NCBI RefSeq assembly: GCF_009914755.1
Contig: NC_060925.1
DNA length: 64,000 nucleotides
Reading direction: 5' to 3' (one strand)
Source of the DNA: the human T2T-CHM13v2.0 reference genome, Homo sapiens
Within the stretch, counting starts at the first letter, position 1; the number at the start of each line of letters is the position of its first letter. The notes beneath the pieces are model-generated. The model made no database searches. It was given only the letters and a program-made list of their open reading frames with translations, and was not told where the DNA came from. Both the position numbers and the translations under genes were made by a program. Shown piece after piece: positions 12,451 through 28,610 of the stretch.

Positions 12451-13692
12451 ACAGTAATAGCATAACATTCACTGAATGCCTACTATTTGTCAGACAGAGT
12501 AGTAGATACTTGTCAGTGTCCATCATCTAGCACAGTGTGTTTGTCACATTTAGCAACTCACATATTTGTTGAATGAATTATCTCATGTGATCCTTACAGC
12601 AAGCCTGTTGACATAGGTGTTTAGCCCATTTTATAAGAAAATAGAGTCTCATATTTAAGTAATTGTCCAAAGTCAAACAGCTAGTTAATGGTGGAGTTAA
12701 GATAATGAACCTAGGTCTGCCTTACTTCAGATTCCATTTTTTTATCACTGTGGATGCTCTGTGGTTCCACTGAGATAGGAAGAGGGTTGAAGAAGAAGAG
12801 TGGATTTGAAATTTGGTAGAACTATTAGGACTTTCACTGAAGGGATAAATAAATGCTGATGGAGTTCAAGTAGAAGGTGCATTTGAGGTCACTGTGTTGC
12901 TTGGGAACACCATTTGACTGGCTGCCAAGAAGCCTCTTAGAATGTCTTTACTCTGATGAATTCGGTGTGGCCCAGGTTCTCATCAGAATTTGGTCTTTTC
13001 CATAACTCTGGATTGATGGGGCTTGGGCAATAGTATATAACTAAGTGATTGATTGAATGATATTAAGCTCACATGGGAGTGATGTGTAAACATCTGGGTG
13101 GCAAATTACTAATTTACAACGAGAAATGTACCTAATGTTCACATTCTAGGCTAAAATACGTTTTTCCTGTCACCAAGCTGTGAAGGGAGATACATAATTA
13201 CTAGAAGGTGGCTGGCTGATTATATACTATAATTAGAAAGAGAGAGTTAATGATGCATTTATTTAATGCTGTTAGGCCAGTGTCCCACAGTGTTTAAATG
13301 GGTCAGGTCCTCGGGTAGGGGTGTCTTCTTCCTGGATTATGCTTATATGTGCTGCCGTTGTTTTGAGACTTTCCTTTTCCTATACTTTTAATGTTGGCTC
13401 TCCCTCTTCTGATTTACTTTTTTTTTTTTTTTTAAGATAACGTTAATACTACTGATACTGGTCTGTGACTTTTTTTTTTAACTTTGCATCTATCTTCTCA
13501 TCTATTGTATGTGAAGTTTAGAGTTTAGTTGGATTCCAACAGACTAATTTGAATTTGGATCTCATTATTTATTAGATGTAAGGACCTCTCTGAGCCTTAG
13601 ATTCTACCTGTAAAACAGTGGAAATATCTTTCTCAGTAATTACGATGTTGAGATAGTATGTATGTAAAACACCTAACCTATATGTTACAGGC

Positions 13693-16292
13693 CAGTGGTT
13701 CCCAACCTTTTTGGCACCAGGGACCGGTTTTGTGGAAGACAGTTTTTCCACATACCAGGGGGAGGGGGAGTGGTTTTGGGATGATTCAAGCGTGTTACGT
13801 TTATTGTGCACTTTATTTTTATTATATTTACATTGTAGTATATAATGAAATAATTATAGAACTCAACATAATGTAGAATCAGTGGGAAGCAGCGCTTGTT
13901 TTCCTGCAACTAGATGGTCCCATCTGGGGCTGAGGGGAGACAGTGACACACAAAGTGTGTTGCTTATGTTCAGTCTACTCCGTAATCTGGTTTTGGTTGC
14001 TGTCATTGCAGAAAACCTGCTTCACAAAGATAGGAAGTTGGAAATGGAAGCAGGCTTTTCAGTGCTTTTGTGATAATCTCAGGACATTCTGCCTTGACTT
14101 GAATCCAGAATGTGTGGAAATTTGAAGTTGTCTCAGACACACTTTTAAGTCCACCGTCATTTGTGATCTCAAGCAGTTGCTCTTCTAGCATGGACAAAGC
14201 CAGTTCACCTGGTTTATTCACAAATAGATTGCGGATCCATTCTTTCCCAGTTTGGGGGTCTTTTGTAGTTGGGAGGTAATGCTTAAATTCTTTGGAAAGC
14301 TGAGATAGGTGATCATGCACCAGCTGGGAGAAAGAAGGCCCTGGCTCAGTCTCTTTCAAAATCTCTGCTAATGTTTGAAACATGTCAGAAATCTCAGTGT
14401 TCACTTGTCGCTCCCATAATTCCAGTTTGGCTTTGAATGCAGCCACTTTATCTGCCGACTTGATCACAGTTGTCCATCTCTCCCGAAGTGACAGATTGAG
14501 TTTGTTGAGCAGGTTGAATGTGTCACACAAGTTAAGTTTTGCGACCCATTCTGTGTCACAGAAATATGCTGCTAGTGGTGACTGCTTTTCTGAAATCTCT
14601 GGAGCGGCTCTTGTAACTAAAGAACTCTGGCCAGTGATCTACCTTTAGAAAGCCCTCTCACTAAGAGAAGATGTGTGTGCTCTGCATCCATCTCCTCACA
14701 GAGCTGTGCAAACAGATGTGAGTTAAGGGCATGTACTTTAATGTTAATAATTTTAGTCACATCTTGCAAAATATTGTTCAGGTGACATTTTTCAGCTAGC
14801 CAGCATTTCTCTGTGGATGACACAGTACATAGACTCAACATTTGGAAGTGACCTCTTTGACCCGAGCAGTGAAACCAGAAAGCCGTCTAGTCATGGCAGC
14901 TGCTCTGTCCATGCATATACCAACATAAAATGACCAATTCAGTTTTCCTGATATTTAATGATTCAAAAACTTGAATAGTTCTGCAGCTGTGGTGTTGGTT
15001 GGCAACAAAAGTGCACATAATATATCCTTATGTATATTCTCCTGAAAACATGTAACACAAAAACAAGTATTGTTACCTTGTTGTTAACGTCGGTAGACTT
15101 GTCAACCTGGATTCCATACCACGGTTCCCATTAATGCTAACAATTGTGCCTCTGTATCCTCTGCTATTTCATCCATTTGTCTAGTTACAGTGCAAGCCAA
15201 AAGAGGAACACATGCCACCTTTTGAACTGCAGCCTCTCCGTAAAGGTCATGACAAACGTCCTTAGCAGCAGACACGATCAACTCTTCACCAATAGTAAAG
15301 GGCTTCTTAGCTTTATCAGTGTGGTTAGCCACTAAGAATGATGCTCTCAGTGCAGACACATTGATGAAGTGGTGGCTTTCAATAACTGCTTCTGTTCTTC
15401 ATGTTCATGTTTTTTTTTTTCTTTCGAAAAAGACTTGTCTTTTAATGTAGGGTGCTTGGTCTCCAGGTGATGAAGTAGTTTTGAAGGTTTCATGGCTTTC
15501 TTGGATAGCTGGTCGCCACATATACAAAGCTGGCTTGGAGAATATGAATCACCTGTTGCAATGAACCTATTATTTAAGTAGGAGCCTTGGTATTTTCTTT
15601 TAAATGCAGCTTTCTTTTTTTTGGCAGTCTTAGAACCCTCTGCTGTCTCATCATTGGGTCTTTTCCCCTATTCAAAGAAGCTCTCTGCTCACATTTGTTT
15701 TTTACTCATTTTGGCTAGGGTTAGCTTGTGGGCTTACCGAAACTGTGACCGAGACAAATGCGCAGTGCAGGAAAGAGGCGTGGGTGGAAGTAGTAAATAA
15801 AATAATGGGTGGGCCATGCATGGACTGAAATAAGTGTTGGATTCTGACTTAAAGCCTGCCACCAGATGCAGCTGTACAATTGATGTACATCAATCCTCTT
15901 TCTACTATAAAGCCTACCACAAGATGCAGCTTAATTGTCACTTACCACTCACTGGTAGGGTTTTGATAAGAGTTTGTAAGCAATTGATTTATTATGGTCT
16001 CTGTGCAGTCAAACCACTCTGCTAATGTTAATCTGTAATTGCAGCTGCTTCACAGCACTAGCATCACTGCCTCAGCTCCACCTCAGATCATTAGGCATTA
16101 GATTCTCATAAGGAGCAGCAACCTAGATCCCTCGCATGCGCAGTTCACAATAGGGTTCACCCTCCTATAAGACTCTAATGGCACTGCTGATCTGACAGGA
16201 GGCAGAGCTCTGGCCATAATGTGAGCAATGGGGAGCCGCTGTAAATATGGATGAAACTTCGCTTGCTCGCTTGCCCACTGCTCACCTCCTGC
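13693..16292 (-). mobile_element. Near full-length Charlie3-type hAT DNA transposon with decayed transposase
   Basis: MER1-type terminus cagtggttcccaacc at 13693 and MER1-like sequence at 16060-16292. Minus-strand ORF fragments encode hAT/Buster-like transposase motifs (KAKKPFTIGEELI; FWIQVKAECPEI...LLPFPTSYLCEAGF). Frameshifted; the other TIR is missing. Confidence 0.88.
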
Positions 16293-16498
16293 TTTACACT
16301 ACTGTAGATTTTATATAAACATTGTACAGTTAGCCTACACTAAATTCATAAAAATTGTGCTTTAACATTATGATGGCTACAACAGTTGTGACTTTACTAA
16401 GGCAATAGGAATTTTTCAGTTGTATTATAATCTTATGAGACCACTGTTGTATATGTGGTCTGTTGTTGACCAAAACGTCGTTATGCTGTGCATGACTA
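16293..16498. mobile_element. Tigger3/Golem-like terminal fragment
   Basis: Ends in gttgaccaaaacgtcgttatgctgtgcatgact, the Tigger3-type TIR; directly abuts the truncated Charlie. Confidence 0.65.
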
Positions 16499-16630
16499 TT
16501 TTATTATCAAACTAGGCCAGGCACTTGACTACTGTAGGTTTTGTCATTGTCATTCTTCTTCATTGCGTTCTAAGGAAAGCAGCCTTGGCAACTGTCTGAG
16601 TAGGCAAGCTTTAGAATATAGCACTAGCCA

Positions 16631-17140
<510 letters not shown>

Positions 17141-17381
17141 TCAGCTCCAAAACTTTCACTAAGTCATGGCAAAAAGGACAAATTATTGTAATTCAGTTTC
17201 CTTTCATTGCTGTGTGTATGTATATGTGTATATATATGTATTTGTGTGTATATCTCTCATTTTAGGATTTTCTGAGAATTTGTAGCAGCAGAGGTTAAGG
17301 TTCTAGGTCTGTCTCTGCCATTAAGTGGCAGTGCCTGTTTAGCTGCGCTATGTGAGAGTCTCTCATTTCTGAAATGTAGGA

Positions 17382-17872
<491 letters not shown>

Positions 17873-18157
17873 TTACTATACTGATTACATCTGTTCCTTT
17901 CATCTCTGATAATTTTTGACATCTCTGATAATAATATTTTAGCTATTTGTTATTTAGTTTATGTATGTATTTTTTGCAGTTAGCATCTTTTTGGGGGACT
18001 TATGCACTGGGTTCCTGAAAATTACATTGCATTTCTCACAATTTTCAGATGTTTGTGGGAGGAGTATAAATCCTTGTTTGTGAAACTAATCCCCAAGAGC
18101 ATTTTCTAGTGCAAGCTAATAGCCATTTAGTATTTTGATTAAAAAATTAAAGATGCA

Positions 18158-18486
<329 letters not shown>

Positions 18487-19250
18487 CTAAATATTAAGTG
18501 CTTAACTTTAGAGGTCACTCTTGAATGATATATGCAAATGCTCTGTGTTGTGGACAGTCTGTGATTCATGTGTCATTGTTTAAATAATGGATATTTGGAA
18601 CACACAACCAATATCCTAGTTTTCCTGCAGTTAGACTCTTTAAGTAAACATATTCCTAGTTGTGGGTGTTATGGAGTTAGATGGAGGAAGTGGGCTAGAG
18701 ATCCTACTATTTAGTATGTAGACATATTTTCAATCTGTGTTTCTCATCTCTGCCTTCTGCTGAGTCTGGAGTGGTATCCCTGAGTCCTTCCTCCATCCTT
18801 TAATTAACTGCAGGCTCCTGGATATAGTATAGCGAGGATGGAGGTGGTAGAGGTGGGAGTTGAGTGGACCTGTTAACTACTTCTTCGGCCAGTCCTCCTA
18901 TATTTAGCCATGTCCCCTTAACTCTACCTTCTCAAGTACCTGATACTTCCACTTCCTCAACACTTCTGGGGTTTAGGGGCTAGAATGGTTTGCTTCCTGT
19001 TGGTATCCCTTTTTGTGTTTCAGGTTTTCCATTTTGTGTGCTGTCAGTTTACTCTCTCTCTGCTGTCTTCTAAAAATTTGTTAAAACCTCTTATCTGCTG
19101 CTGTCACCTTCCCATTATTTTTATTCTTAGAGTTTTATACTTAAAAAAAAATTCCTCGATTGTCATTTTAGTGGGGTTTTGGGAAGGAAAGAAGATGTAT
19201 ATAGTCAGTCTGTCATTTTTTACTGGAATATTTACCGCCGTCCCCCCAAC

Positions 19251-19413
19251 TTTTTTTTTTCTTTCTTAGAGATGGGTTTTGCTTTGTTGCCCTGGCTGGA
19301 ATGCAGTGGCACGATCATAGCTTACTGCAGTCTTGAACTCCTGAGCTGTAGGGATCCTCCTGCCTCAGCTTCCTGAGTAGCTGAGACTACAGGTGCACAG
19401 CACTATGCCTGGC
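19251..19413 (-). mobile_element. Alu monomer (AluJ/FRAM-like)
   Basis: Reverse right-arm sequence with T tail. Confidence 0.85.
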
Positions 19414-20100
19414 TCCCCACACAATTTTGATTGAACAGAGTTATTCGATCACCTGTATTAGTACTGTCACTAGCTAAATTTCTCAAATGAAAAGTACACA
19501 TTTGTTGTCTCAATGCCCTTTACCTCTTAAAACCTGGAAAAATGTTAGCAAAAAGCAATTTATGTTGAGAATTCACCATGAGCTCTTTTTGTCATTTCCA
19601 AAGGCCTATCCTTAACCTTCACTTTCATTGATACCTCTAGTAACAAGAGTGAGGAAGATAAGATAGAATCTTTAGGAATGAGAAGGGGTTCTTTGAGGAT
19701 ATGTGAGATCTATTCATATTTGAAGGCAGTAGAGAAAGTAGCTGAAATTAAATTTGTTGCAATTGAGCCTTTTTTTCATTTATTATCTGTGAGACCTTTA
19801 AACAGTGATTTTCTCTCTCTGAGTCTTAGTTTTCTTGTATATAAAATGGAGATAATATTTACTTTGTAAAGTTGTGATAATTAGATATAATATTTGAAAG
19901 TGCTATAAGGGCCTGGCCTGTAGAATATGTTTTCTGATAAATTGTAGCTGTTAATTTCTATCATCATTAAAAATAAGCCACAGAAATAACTTTTTTTAAG
20001 TCAACAGATATTTATTTTAAGGTATTAGTACGCAGTCTTTTTTGCATAACAGGACCCCCTTTCGATGTCATAAAGTATCTTGGAAACTGAATGATAGTAG

Positions 20101-20418
<318 letters not shown>

Positions 20419-21023
20419 TAAACAACATTGTGATAAGATGAATGACTGTATTTCATGGATACTAAGAGGCACATTCCCCTGTTCCACATTTGAACATCTT
20501 TAACATTGGGATGCATCTTATGGATGTCACAGTTGAATTGGTAATGGTTTTCTTTCTTAATGGTACATGAAGTAATGGTGACTCTTAAGTCATTAATGGT
20601 ACTTAGATTTGATAAAATACAATAGTATTTTATTAGTATAACTATCTTCTATTTTGAAATACAGTAGTGTGTTTGTAGTGTATTAGCCTGCAGATAATGC
20701 CTAGTTTATTAAGGGCTTATAATATTTAAATTGTAGCCATGAAGTGATCTGGGACCCATGGATTAGAAATTATGTTTATAACCATATAGGAAATAACATT
20801 GTAGAACCTTTTGGTTCTACAAATGAGAAAGGACTTTGCATTTTGATATTTTATGAAACTGGAAATGCTCTAAAATAATTCAATAAAAATAACAATAGCT
20901 GACACTTAAATTAACTGATGTGCTGATTTTAGATATTTAGATCTTGCAATACAAAGCCTGTGCAGTTTACAAACATGTTTTGAACTGTACTGGAGCCTGT
21001 GGCCTATAAAAGTTGAAGTGACA

Positions 21024-21317
21024 GGCCAGGCGTGGTGGCTCACGCCTGTAATTTCAGCATTTTGGGAGGCCAAGGCGCGCGGATCACATGAGGTCCGGAG
21101 TTTGAGACCAGCCTGGTCAACATGGTGAAACCCTGTCTCTACTAAAAATACAAAAATTAGCCAGGTGTGGTGGCGGTCACCTGTAATCCTAGCTACTTGG
21201 GAGGCTGAGGCAGGAGAATTGCATTAACCTGGGAGGCGGAGGTTGCAGTGAGCTGAGATGGCGCCATTGCACTCCAGCCTAGGAGACAGAGAGCAAGACT
21301 CCATCTCAAAAAAAAAA
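21024..21317 (+). mobile_element. Alu (AluS-type)
   Basis: Full dimer; imperfect TSD gttgaa(g/a)tgaca. Confidence 0.94.
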
Positions 21318-21774
21318 GAAGGTTGAAATGACAGTGCTCTCTGCCCTCAGAGAATTTACAGCTATTACCACAATCAGGTAAGAATGAGCTATATAGATTT
21401 AATTTTTAGAAGAGAGCATTTTGTTAATCATCAGCTTTATTTTATTATCAGAATAGGATTGTTAGACAAAGAAGATGAAGACTTAGTCTTCTGTCTGATC
21501 TGCTCCAGCCTCCAGCCCAGGAGTGTGTCCATGTGACTTTCCAAGAGCATTTAGTGGAAGTTAAATTACAGTGTTGGTAGCTTTGACATATGGGAATGTT
21601 ATTTTATTGTTGTTAAATAAATCACTTATTTGAAATTATAATATTTTCCTTTCCATACTTTTTATAAGAAATAAAGGTTTTAGCTCCTTTGATCAAGACA
21701 AACCAAAGATGTTGCATATGATGTAATAACATGTAAATTTTGTGGTATAAAATATTTTTCAAATCTAGCTTGAT

Positions 21775-22340
21775 GTATGAATTAACTGTTACTGGATAGC
21801 AGATTACCTCAAAACTTAGTGGCTTAAAACAATAATAAACATTTATTGTCTCACACAGTTTCTGTGTAGCATGCGTTTCGGAGCTGCTTACCTGGGTAAT
21901 TCTGGCTCAGTATTTTGTGAGATTGCAGTCAAGATGTTAGCTGGGGCTGCAGTCATCTCAAGGCTTCACTGGTCTGGAGGATCCAATTCTAGGCTGACTC
22001 ACTCAAATGGTTTGCAATTTGTGCTGGCTTTTCAAAAGGCCTCAGTTCTTCACCACTTGGACCTCTGCTTAGGACTGCTTGAATTTTTTCATGGCTAGCT
22101 TACCCCTAAGTGGGTGAACTAAGGGAGAACTAGATGAACAACACAGTGTCTTTTATGACCTAGCCTTGGAAGTCATTCTCTTGTTATTTGTACAATATTC
22201 TGATTGTACAGATACAAGGCTAACCTGTACAGGGTTAGCTTTACCTGTACAGGGCTAACCTGTATAATCAGTAGAATATTGTAGAGGTAAAAATCATTGG
22301 GAGGTGGAAGGTGATGTCATTTCAGAGGCTAGGGTCCACC
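21775..22340. mobile_element. MLT1-family (ERVL-MaLR) LTR
   Basis: 'aaaacttagtggcttaaaacaataataaacatttattgtctcacacagtttctg...gctggggctgcagtcatctcaaggct'. Confidence 0.75.
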
Positions 22341-22533
22341 TGATATACAAATCTAATGGTATAGAAAAGTCTTGGAAATAAAAGGGGAAATATTGGTAAA
22401 TTGAGAGGCCTAAAGTAAGAGGTAAATTTTAGAAAGTAAGATGGCACTTCAAATTAGTGGGCTATTCTGTTGTCTTTCTCAAAGAAGCATGGATTATAGA
22501 ATGAGAAATACTTGGCAATTATTGGGCAAGGTA

Positions 22534-23026
22534 CAGTAGTCCCCCCCTTATCCACAGGGGATACATTCCAGGACCCCCAGTGGATGCCTAAAACCATGGA
22601 TAATACTGAACTCCATATTAATGCAATGATTGTTTCTATACATACATACCTATGATAAAGTTTAATAAATTAGGCACAATAAGAGATTAACAACAATTAA
22701 TAATAAAATAGAACAATTAAAATAATACGCCAGAATCATCACTCTTGTACTTTGAGGCCATTACTGAGTAAAGTAATGGTTACTTTGAATATAAGCACTG
22801 CAAAAAAATACCGTTAACGTTGATCTGGTAACTGCATTGACTACTAAGTGACTAATTGGTGGGTATCCTATATAGCGTGGATATACTACATGCTACTCAG
22901 AATGGTGTGAAATCTAAAACATGAATTATTTGCTTCTGGAATTTTCCACTTGTATTTTTGGACTTTGGTTGACCATGGGTAACTGAAACTGAGGAAAGCG
23001 AAACCTCGGATAAGGGGGTACTACTG
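22534..23026. mobile_element. MER44/Tigger7-type MITE
   Basis: TIRs cagtagtcccccccttatcc ... ggataagggggtactactg, flanked by TA on both sides. Confidence 0.85.
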
Positions 23027-23404
23027 TACTTTAATAACCTTTCTGAGTCTCAGATCTTCCAGTGGTAAAATGGGAATTGTTTACCTCAAAGAATTATAAG
23101 TTTCTGTTAAAGTAGTGTGTTTAAAATATTCAGAACATTATCTGAGAGTAGGCATTCAATAAATGTTAACTATTATTAGTTTTACTATTGATAAGTATTT
23201 GTGGCCATCATGGTCTCAGCTCTCGTGTGGTCAGCCTAATCTAACCTAGCTTCTGCCCCATCACTCTACTAAAACTACTTTCTTGCAAGTTGCTAGAGAG
23301 CAATAATCCTCAGATCTAATCACCTCTTCTCATCTTCTTTGATTCTAAGCAACTTTTAATAGTTTTTAATATCTATTCCTTCTTGAAATGCTTGTCCCTG
23401 AAGG

Positions 23405-24776
<1,372 letters not shown>

Positions 24777-25323
24777 AAAAAAAATTGCCCAATTTTTATT
24801 ATCCTTGATTACTGAGTACCATCTTTTTTTAATTTTTAATTTTTGTGGATGCATAGTAGGTGTATATATTTATGGAGTATATAGCATATTTTGATACAGG
24901 CATACAGTGTGTAATATTTGTCAGGGTAAATGAGGTATTCCTCACTTCAAACAGCTATTCTCTCTCTTACAAACAATCTAATTATCCTCTCTTAGTTATT
25001 TTAAAATGTACAATGAAATTATTGACTATAGTCAACCTGTTGTGTTATCAAATACTAGATCTTATTCAGTTTTTATAACTATTTTTTGGTACCCATTAAC
25101 TATCTGCCCCCCAATACCCTTCTGAGCCCCTGGTAACTATCCTTCTACTCTGTATTTCCATGAGTTCAATGGTTTTAATTTTTAGCTTCCACAAATAAGT
25201 GAGAAGATGCAAAGTTTGTCTTTCTGTGCCTGGCCTTTTTGACTTAACATAATGACTTCCAGTTCCATCCCTGTTGTTACAGATGCCAAGTCTCATTCTT
25301 TTTAATGACTGAATAGTACTCCA

Positions 25324-25840
25324 TTATATATATAATATTTATATATATAATATTTATATATTTAATATTTATATATATAATATTTATATATAATATTCAT
25401 GTATTTATATATAAATATTTATATATTTATATATAATATTTATACATTATATATAATATTTATTTATATATAATATATATATTATATATAATATTTATAT
25501 ATTATATATAATATATATATATTATATATAATATTTATATATTATATATAATATATATATATTATATATAATATTTATATATTATATATAATATATATAT
25601 TATATATAATATTTATATATTATATATAATATTTATATATAATATTTATATATTATATATAATATTTATATATTTATATGTATAATATATATTTTATATA
25701 TGTATGTATAATATATATTTTATATATGTATGTATAATATATTTTATATATGTATGTATAATATATTATTATATATAATATATAATTTATATTATATATA
25801 ATTATATAATATATATGTATTTTATATATATATATAAAAT
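25324..25840. repeat. ~0.5 kb AT-rich (TA)n-derived low-complexity/minisatellite tract
   Basis: Almost only A/T, with 20-nt units such as attatatataatatttatat. Confidence 0.95.
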
Positions 25841-27630
25841 ATTTTCATTATCCATTCATCTGTTGACAGACACTTGGGTTGCTTCCAAATCTTGGCTATT
25901 GTGAACAGTGCTGCAACAAATGTGGGAGTGCAGATGTCTCTTAGATATACTGATTTTCTTTATTCCAGGTATATACCTAGCAGTGGGATTGCTGGATTAT
26001 ATGGTAGTTATATTTTTAGTTTTTGAGGAAGCTCCAGACTGTTCTCCATAGTGGATGTACTAATTTACATTCCCACCAATAGCGTTTGAGGGTTCCCTTT
26101 TCTCCACATCCTTGCCAGCATTTATTATTGCCTGTTTTTGGATATAATTCATTTTAAATGGGGTGAGATGATATCTCATTGTAGTTTTGATTTGCGTTTC
26201 TCTGATGATCAGTGATGTTGAGCACCTTTTCATATGCCTGTTTGCCATTTGCATTTCTTCTTTTGAGAAATGTCTGTTCAGATCTTTGGTCCATTTCTTA
26301 ATTGGATTATTAGATTTTTTTTCCTATAGAGTTATTATAGGAAATATTTTTTCCCATTCTGTGGGATGTCTCTTCATTTTGTTGATTGTTTCCTTTGCTG
26401 TGCAGAAGATTTTTAACTTGATGTGATCCCATTTGTCCATTTTGCTTTGGTTGCCTGTGCTTGTGGGGTATTCAAGAAATCTTAGCCTAGTTCAGTGTCC
26501 TGGAGACTTTCCTCAGTGTTTTCTTTTAGTAGTTTCATAGGTTGAGGTTTTAGATTTAAGCCTTTAATCCACTTTTATTTGATTTTTGTATATGGTGAGA
26601 GATGGGGTCTAGTTTTGTTCTTCTGCATGGGTATATCCAGTTTTCCCAGTACCACTTACTGAAGAGATTGTCCTTTCTCCAATGTATGTTCTTGGCACCT
26701 TTGTTGAAAATGAGTTCAGTTTAGATGTATGGATTTGTTTCTGGATTCCTTATTCTTTTCCATTGTTCTGTGTGTCTGTTTTTATGCTAGTACCATGCTA
26801 TTTTGGTCACTATAGCTCTGTAGTATAATTTGAAGTCAGGTGATGTGATTCCTCCAGTTTTCTTTTTGCTCAGGATTGCTTTGGCTATTCTGAGTCTTTT
26901 ATGGTTTCATATAAATTTTAGGATTTTTTTTCTATTTCTGTGAAGAATGTCATTGATATTTTGATAGAGATTGCATTGAATCTGTAGATTGCTTTGGGTA
27001 ATATGGACATTTTAACAATATTGATTCTTCCAATCCATGAACATGGAATATCTTTCCATTTTTTGCATGTGTGTCCTCTTTAGTTTCTTTCATCAATGTT
27101 TTATAGTTTTCATTGTAGAGATCTATCACTTCTTTGGTTAATTCCTAGGTATTTAATTTTATTTGTAGCTATTGTAAATGGGATTGCTTTCTTGATTTCT
27201 TTTTCAGATCGTTTGCTGTTGACATACAGAAATGCTACTGATTTTTGCATGTCGATTTTGTATCCTGCAACTTTACTGCATTTGTTTAGCAATTCTAATA
27301 GTCTTTTCGGTGGAATGTTTAGGTTTTTCCAATTATAAGATCATATCATCTGCAAACATGAATAGTTTGACTTCTTTCTTTCTAGCTTGGATGCCCTTTA
27401 TTTCTTTCTCTTGTCTGATTGCTCTAGCTAGCACTTCTAGTGCTATGTTGGACAACAATGGTGAAAGTGGGCATCCTCATCATGTTTCAGATCTTAGAGG
27501 AAAGGCTTTCAGTTTTTCCCCATTCAGTATAATACTAGCTGTAAGTCTGTTGTGTATGGCTTTTATTGTGTTGAGGTATGCTTCTTCTATACCGAGTTTT
27601 TTGAGGGTTTTTATTATGAGAGGATGTTGA

Positions 27631-27991
<361 letters not shown>

Positions 27992-28157
27992 GATCATATG
28001 GTTTTTATCCTTTACTCTGTTGATATGATGTATCACATTGATTTGTAGATGTTGAACCATCCTTGCATTCCTGGGATAAATCTCACTTGGTTGTGATGAA
28101 TGATCTTTTAAATGTGTTGTTGAATTTGGTTTGCTAGTATTTTGTTGAGGATTTTTA

Positions 28158-28610
28158 CATCAATGTTCATTAGGGATATTGGCCTGTAGCCAGTCTTCCT
28201 TCCTTCCTTCCTTCCTCCCTCCCTCCCTCCCTTCCTCCCTCCCTCCTTCCCTCCCTCCCTCCTTTCCTTCCTTCTTTCCCATCAGTGTTCACTAGGGATA
28301 TTGGCCTGTAGTCAGTCTTCCTTCCTTCCTTCCTTCCTTCCTTCCTTCCTTCCTTCCTTCCTTCCTTCCTTCCTCCCTCCCTCCCTCCCTCCCTCCCTCC
28401 CTTCTTTCCCATCAGTGTTCACTAGGGATATTGGCCTGTAGTCTGTCTTCCTTCCTTCCTTCCGTCCTTCCTTCCGTCCTTCCGTCCTTCCGTCCGTCCT
28501 TCCGTCCTTCCTTCCTTCCTTCCTTCCTTCCTTCCTTCCTTCCTTCCTTCTTCCCTCCTTCTTCCCTCCCTTCCTCCCTTCCTCCCTTCCTCCCTTCCTC
28601 CCTTCCTCCC
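28158..28610. repeat. Composite tandem repeat: 3 x (38-bp L1 segment + (CCTT/CCCT)n)
   Basis: Copies of catca(a/g)tgttca(t/c)tagggatattggcctgtag start at 28158, 28280 and 28410. Confidence 0.92.

Noticed and set aside
14003-15359. ZBED5/SCAND3-like domesticated transposase gene
   Set aside because: Broken by frameshifts and stops and lies inside a Charlie transposon with a terminal repeat; a fossil.
22218-22264. Short quasi-palindromic repeats gctaacctgtacagggttagc
   Set aside because: Small local duplication inside an MLT1 LTR; too short to interpret.
28158-28610. CRISPR-like repeat-spacer array (38-bp repeats)
   Set aside because: The repeats are L1 sequence, the spacers are simple (CCTT)n, the context is eukaryotic and there are no cas genes.
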